Origin: an uncultured Bacilli bacterium
Lineage (GTDB): Bacteria; Bacillota_I; Bacilli_A; RF39; UBA660
DNA length: 64,000 nucleotides
Direction of reading: 5' to 3'
Assembly: GCA_944372455.1 (NCBI GenBank)
Contig: CALVZF010000001.1
Span: 1,815-65,814 of the forward strand
Of this stretch, positions 59,908-64,000 are shown piece after piece. Positions within the stretch are counted from its first letter, which is position 1. Each line of letters starts with the position of its first letter. Position numbers and translations under genes: made by a program. The notes beneath the pieces are model-generated. The model was not told where the DNA came from and made no database searches. It saw nothing but the letters and a program-made list of their open reading frames with translations.

Positions 59908-60834
59908 ATGAGAGAATTGAAAAAATATGAAGGAAATAGAGTTATATTAATGGCTTGTTCAAAATGTAATGTTGCTTGCAAACATTGTTACATAGGATAT
60001 GCTGGAAATAGAACTCCAGAAGAACTAAAAATATTAGCAGAACATTATAAAAATAAATATAAAATAGTAAGAATAGATGGTGCCGAACCACTTGTTGACT
60101 TAGGATATTTGCCTTCTTACAAAATAGTTGAACAAGATTGGATTATGACAAATGGCCTTAGAATATTTCAGGAGCCTGAGATAATAGATTTATTATTAGA
60201 AAATGGAATAAGAAATGTATTTATGTCTTATCATTTTGAAATACAAGATAGTTTAAATGGTATTACTAATGAGATGTTAAATGAAGTTATTAAAATATTA
60301 AGAGAAAAAGGAATTAGAGTTGTTTTAATGACAACAATTACAAACAAAAATGCTAAAGATACTTTAGAAATATGTGATAATGCATATGAATTGGGTGCAT
60401 CTGGAATAGAATTTAATAAAATATTTATTCAAGGAAGAGCTAAGAATCTATCTAATATTGGATTAGTAAAAGAAGATTATGATTGTTTTTTTACACAGTT
60501 AAAACAGGCTAGAGACAAATATGATATAAATGACTTTGAAGTAAGAAGAAGTGGTACTTTTGGTTGTGATACTGTTAATGAGCCAAATAATTTTAGATGT
60601 AGTGCAGGTGTAAAAAAAGTATGTATTACACCTGATGATAAAGTTTATGGTTGCACATGTATTTGTAAACCAGGTTATGAAGTTGGAAAAATAATTGATG
60701 GTGAAATATATATATATTCTGATTTTGAAAATGATCGTACATGGTGTTTAGGCGATAAAATGGGTGAATTAGGTATCGAAAATATTCAGGATCTTAATAA
60801 TCCAAAAATTAAGAGTTTAGTTAGAAAGATTTAA
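59908..60834 (+). CDS. radical SAM enzyme with C-terminal SPASM/twitch-like Cys cluster
   Basis: CNVACKHCY (C-x3-C-x2-C) near the N-terminus; C-terminal FRCSAGVKKVCITPDDKVYGCTCICKPG auxiliary-cluster cysteines. Confidence 0.7.
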   Translation: MRELKKYEGNRVILMACSKCNVACKHCYIGYAGNRTPEELKILAEHYKNKYKIVRIDGAEPLVDLGYLPSYKIVEQDWIMTNGLRIFQEPEIIDLLLENGIRNVFMSYHFEIQDSLNGITNEMLNEVIKILREKGIRVVLMTTITNKNAKDTLEICDNAYELGASGIEFNKIFIQGRAKNLSNIGLVKEDYDCFFTQLKQARDKYDINDFEVRRSGTFGCDTVNEPNNFRCSAGVKKVCITPDDKVYGCTCICKPGYEVGKIIDGEIYIYSDFENDRTWCLGDKMGELGIENIQDLNNPKIKSLVRKI

Positions 60835-60835
60835 T

Positions 60836-61603
60836 ATGAATAAGAACGAATTAAATAATATACTAAAAAAGTACTATTCTTTTAGCGATGTAGCTATGAG
60901 TAAATTGAATATAAATGATAAGCAACATTTTGATTTAGTGATTGTTTCTCCAACTTGGAAACCGCATTTTGTATTTAATGAAAAATATAGTGTCGAAAAT
61001 TTGAAAAAAGGAAGCACTTCTACATTTATTTTGTATTATAATAATAAAAAAATATTATTTATTAAGACTGGCAAAGGAGCACCAAATATGTTTGATAATT
61101 TACTACTATTGAGAAATATCGATGCACCATATATATTTTTAGGATCTGCTGGTTCTTTGAGTGAAAATGTTCAGGAGGGAGATATTTTTATACCAGATTA
61201 TTCTATTTCAGGTGATGGTGCATCATTATATTTTGAAAAGAAAATAGATACTGCTAATTTTTGTAATAAAATATTTTTTAGTACTGAAATTAAACAACAT
61301 ATCGAGAGTGTTTTAAAAAATAGTAATTTTTCGTATAAAACTGGTGGAATTTATTCCACGGATACATTAATTGGCGAATATTATCATACTCAAGAAATAA
61401 TAGAACTTGGTGCATCTTGCATTGAACAAGAAACTGCTTCATTTGGTAAATGTATGAAAATTATGGAAAAAGAAGGGTTTCCAATTTTAGTGATATCTGA
61501 TTCATTAGTTACTGATACAAGCTATTATGAACCAATCGAGAATAAGCAAAAATACCTTTTAACTAGAACAAAAAAACTACAAAAGATAATTAGTAAATTT
61601 TAG
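60836..61603 (+). CDS. PNP/UDP-phosphorylase-fold (nucleoside phosphorylase/nucleosidase family) protein
   Basis: GSAGSL...GDIFIPD and IEQETASF patterns typical of the PNP_UDP_1 fold; by eye only. Confidence 0.45.
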   Translation: MNKNELNNILKKYYSFSDVAMSKLNINDKQHFDLVIVSPTWKPHFVFNEKYSVENLKKGSTSTFILYYNNKKILFIKTGKGAPNMFDNLLLLRNIDAPYIFLGSAGSLSENVQEGDIFIPDYSISGDGASLYFEKKIDTANFCNKIFFSTEIKQHIESVLKNSNFSYKTGGIYSTDTLIGEYYHTQEIIELGASCIEQETASFGKCMKIMEKEGFPILVISDSLVTDTSYYEPIENKQKYLLTRTKKLQKIISKF

Positions 61604-61611
61604 GGGGAATT

Positions 61612-62178
61612 ATGAAATATATAATAATGTCAGATGGAAAAGGAACAAGATGGAATAATTATCTTGGCATTACGAAACAAGAAGTTATTATTAACAATGA
61701 AAGATTAATTGATAGAACTATTAGAATGATTTTAGAAAGGTCAATTGATGATATATATATATTATCAAGTAATCAAAGTCATGAAAGTAAATATGCGAAG
61801 AGAATAGTTTCAAAATATGATGATTATTTTCATAAAAAGTATGCTTACGATTATCTTGATGATTCAATAACTTATTTATATGGAGATACATTTTATGATG
61901 AAAAAACAATGGATATAATTATAAAAGATATATGTGAGAACATAAGTTTTTATGGTAATGAACATGCAATTGTTGCCGTGAAAGTAAATAATTATAAGTT
62001 ATTAAAGAATGTAATAGATAACTCAGATAACAGTCATCATTCTCTTTATCATTTATTTGACAATTTTGAAGAGTATAGAACTTTTGTTAATGTTGGAGAT
62101 GGATTTGTCAATATAAATACTCCAAATGATTATACTAACTTAATTAAAAATGATAAAAGATTGATATTAAAGAGGTAA
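61612..62178 (+). CDS. MobA/LicC-like NTP-transferase (nucleotidyltransferase)
   Basis: N-terminal IIMSDGKGTRW (cf. LAGGxGTRL/M) signature of sugar or phospho-alcohol nucleotidyltransferases. Confidence 0.5.
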   Translation: MKYIIMSDGKGTRWNNYLGITKQEVIINNERLIDRTIRMILERSIDDIYILSSNQSHESKYAKRIVSKYDDYFHKKYAYDYLDDSITYLYGDTFYDEKTMDIIIKDICENISFYGNEHAIVAVKVNNYKLLKNVIDNSDNSHHSLYHLFDNFEEYRTFVNVGDGFVNINTPNDYTNLIKNDKRLILKR

Positions 62179-62182
62179 TTAT

Positions 62183-63088
62183 ATGCTTGATGAAATAGTT
62201 GTACAAATAATAGAAAAAAATATAAACGAAAAAATAACAAGTATAAAGCAAATTAATTCTGGCTACAGTAGAATAATTTTTCTGATAAATGATAAATATA
62301 TTTTGAAAATTGTCACTAATCCCATTAAAGATAATAATACAATTAAAGAAGTGAATTTTTTATTAAATAATGATATTCTAGAATTTATTCCAAAGGTGAT
62401 ATTTTGTGATTTTACAAAAAAGTCTTTTCCATATGTATACTATTTAGAAAGAAAAATTAATGGAGAATCATTATTATTAAAATGGCCTTTATTAAAAGAA
62501 AGTGAAAAACAACAAATATTAGTTCAATTATTGGAAAAGTTAGATAAATTACATTCTCTTGATTATAGTTCACATTTTGATAATAATTGTTTAGATTTAC
62601 TATTAAAAGAATATGATAATTACTTAAGTAAAATTATATATTCTAAAATTTTAAACAAAGAAAAAATACATTATTTATATGAATTAAAGAATACAATTCC
62701 ATATTTATTAGAAGGCGCAAAAACTGGATTAATTCATGGAGATTTGCATTTTAATAATATTTTAGTTAATGATGATAATAAGATATCAATAATTGATTTT
62801 GAAAAATTAAAACATTCATTTGTTGAGAGGGAATTAGATCCTATAAATCGTATGTCAAGAAATCCTAATTCTTTTAATACTAATCCAAAAATTGTATTAA
62901 TCGATTATGATTTTCGAAATATTATGAATTTTATAAAAAATAATTTTGAAGCGATAAATAATGATAAATTTGATGACAGATTATTACTTTTTGATTGTTT
63001 AAACTCATTAATGTGGTTAGAAAAGTATCCTAAATATGAGTTATATAATGATATTCTTTTTAACAAAAGTAAAAAATTATTAAGGTAA
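62183..63088 (+). CDS. APH/choline-kinase-fold phosphotransferase
   Basis: LIHGDLHFNNILVN and IIDFE motifs. Confidence 0.65.
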   Translation: MLDEIVVQIIEKNINEKITSIKQINSGYSRIIFLINDKYILKIVTNPIKDNNTIKEVNFLLNNDILEFIPKVIFCDFTKKSFPYVYYLERKINGESLLLKWPLLKESEKQQILVQLLEKLDKLHSLDYSSHFDNNCLDLLLKEYDNYLSKIIYSKILNKEKIHYLYELKNTIPYLLEGAKTGLIHGDLHFNNILVNDDNKISIIDFEKLKHSFVERELDPINRMSRNPNSFNTNPKIVLIDYDFRNIMNFIKNNFEAINNDKFDDRLLLFDCLNSLMWLEKYPKYELYNDILFNKSKKLLR

Positions 63089-63130
63089 ATGTGATATAAT
63101 ATAATTGATTAAAGAATGGAGTGAAGTTGT

Positions 63131-63658
63131 ATGAAAGAAATACTATATAATTATGATAATTTAAAGTTAGAGGATATTGATGAGGTTGTTACTAGAACAA
63201 AGGGTTTGATTATTAATAGTAATAATGAAATAACTTTAGGCTATTCTCATAAAACTTACCAATTTCCAGGTGGTCATTTAGAGCATGGCGAAAGTTTAGA
63301 AGAATGTTTATTAAGAGAAATAGCAGAAGAAACAGGAATAGAAATAAAAGATGCTAAATTAAAACCTTTTGAAAAAATTACTTATTATAGTAAAAATTAT
63401 CATGGATCTGGTAAAAATAGAAAAAATGATATTTATTATTATATTATAAATACTGATGCTAAATTTGATATGAACAATTCAAAATTAGATAATTGGGAAA
63501 AAGATGGTAATTTCACTGTTAAGACTTTCCCAATCGAAAACATTGAGCAAGTATTAATTGATAGTATACCTGATAATCCAATCAACAAGGTGATTGTTGA
63601 AGAAATGTTAGATATTTTAAAAGAATATAACAAAATAAGTAATATGGATAGAGATTAA
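63131..63658 (+). CDS. Nudix hydrolase
   Basis: Nudix box GGHLEHGESLEECLLREIAEETGIE. Confidence 0.8.
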   Translation: MKEILYNYDNLKLEDIDEVVTRTKGLIINSNNEITLGYSHKTYQFPGGHLEHGESLEECLLREIAEETGIEIKDAKLKPFEKITYYSKNYHGSGKNRKNDIYYYIINTDAKFDMNNSKLDNWEKDGNFTVKTFPIENIEQVLIDSIPDNPINKVIVEEMLDILKEYNKISNMDRD

Positions 63659-63659
63659 T

Positions 63660-64000
63660 ATGAAGTATTTAATTGTAATTGATAGTGATGGTACATTAAG
63701 ACATTCTGATGGTAATATTTCTGATAAAACCAAAAAAATTATGAAAAAGGTTGTGGACTGTGGAAATATTGTTGTTATTTGCACTGCAAGACCTAGATAT
63801 TATACATTAAAGGTTTCAAATGAAGTAGGTTTAAACGAGTATTTAATATCATCTAATGGTACAGAAATCTATGATAACATTAATAAAAAAAATATTTATT
63901 CTACATATTTACCAAAAGAGGAATGTAAAATAATATATCAAGAAACAAAGAAACTTGGGCTTAGAGTTATGTTCGTATCAGAAAATACTGAATATGTAAC
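63660..64000 (+). CDS. HAD-superfamily (Cof-like, IIB) phosphatase, 3' end outside the window
   Basis: Motif I VIDSDGTL and Cof-like spacing (ICTARP); truncated by the window end. Confidence 0.6.
   Translation, partial: MKYLIVIDSDGTLRHSDGNISDKTKKIMKKVVDCGNIVVICTARPRYYTLKVSNEVGLNEYLISSNGTEIYDNINKKNIYSTYLPKEECKIIYQETKKLGLRVMFVSENTEYV

Noticed and set aside
1-64000. CRISPR arrays, rRNA genes, riboswitches and T-boxes
   Set aside because: I scanned for regularly spaced direct repeats, rRNA-like GC-rich blocks and known riboswitch cores upstream of operons. None was found. The only repeat structures are the terminator-like elements and the IS inverted repeats reported above.

Overview
This is a 64 kb window from a very AT-rich (about 27-30% GC), spore-forming Firmicutes chromosome. 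Gene order follows the Bacilli pattern: ypmB-like, dnaD, nth on one strand and ponA-recU divergent, together with hup, cca, rny, lexA, rpsU, recG, a CotY/CotZ-like coat protein and a GerE orthologue. Nearly all genes lie on the + strand.

Core housekeeping genes occupy about 0.5-26.7 kb and 43.8-47.1 kb, including tRNA-Arg(TCT) and tRNA-Leu(TAG). Two accessory regions interrupt them.

Region 1 (about 26.7-43.8 kb) holds a six-gene nucleotide-modifying operon behind a leader attenuator (26842-32657). It also holds a truncated parA next to a tandem-XRE regulator, an HxlR/DUF1848/macrodomain/SirTM-like sirtuin cassette, an XRE-HTH membrane sensor with BNR/Asp-box repeats, a LiaF/DUF4097-like pair and a Type II restriction-modification (R-M) pair.

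Region 2 (about 47.1 kb to the window end) starts just after the tRNAs. It contains a frameshifted large serine recombinase, a LysR regulator, a Nudix gene and an IS3-family element with clear inverted repeats. Then comes an 11 kb candidate small-molecule biosynthetic cluster (aminotransferase, two ATP-grasp ligases, amino-acid ABC importer, radical SAM/SPASM, PNP-like, LicC-like NTP-transferase, two APH/ChoK-like kinases, Nudix, HAD).

Other notable loci are a class II bacteriocin locus (C39-ABC exporter plus two unannotated double-glycine-leader peptides) and a LexA-regulated divergent promoter carrying two Cheo boxes. A recurring GC-rich CCCCCTGA(A/G)G + hairpin element occurs three times in intergenic sites. 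Two copies bracket the six-gene operon.

All functional calls come from motif recognition by eye. None was confirmed by a database search.
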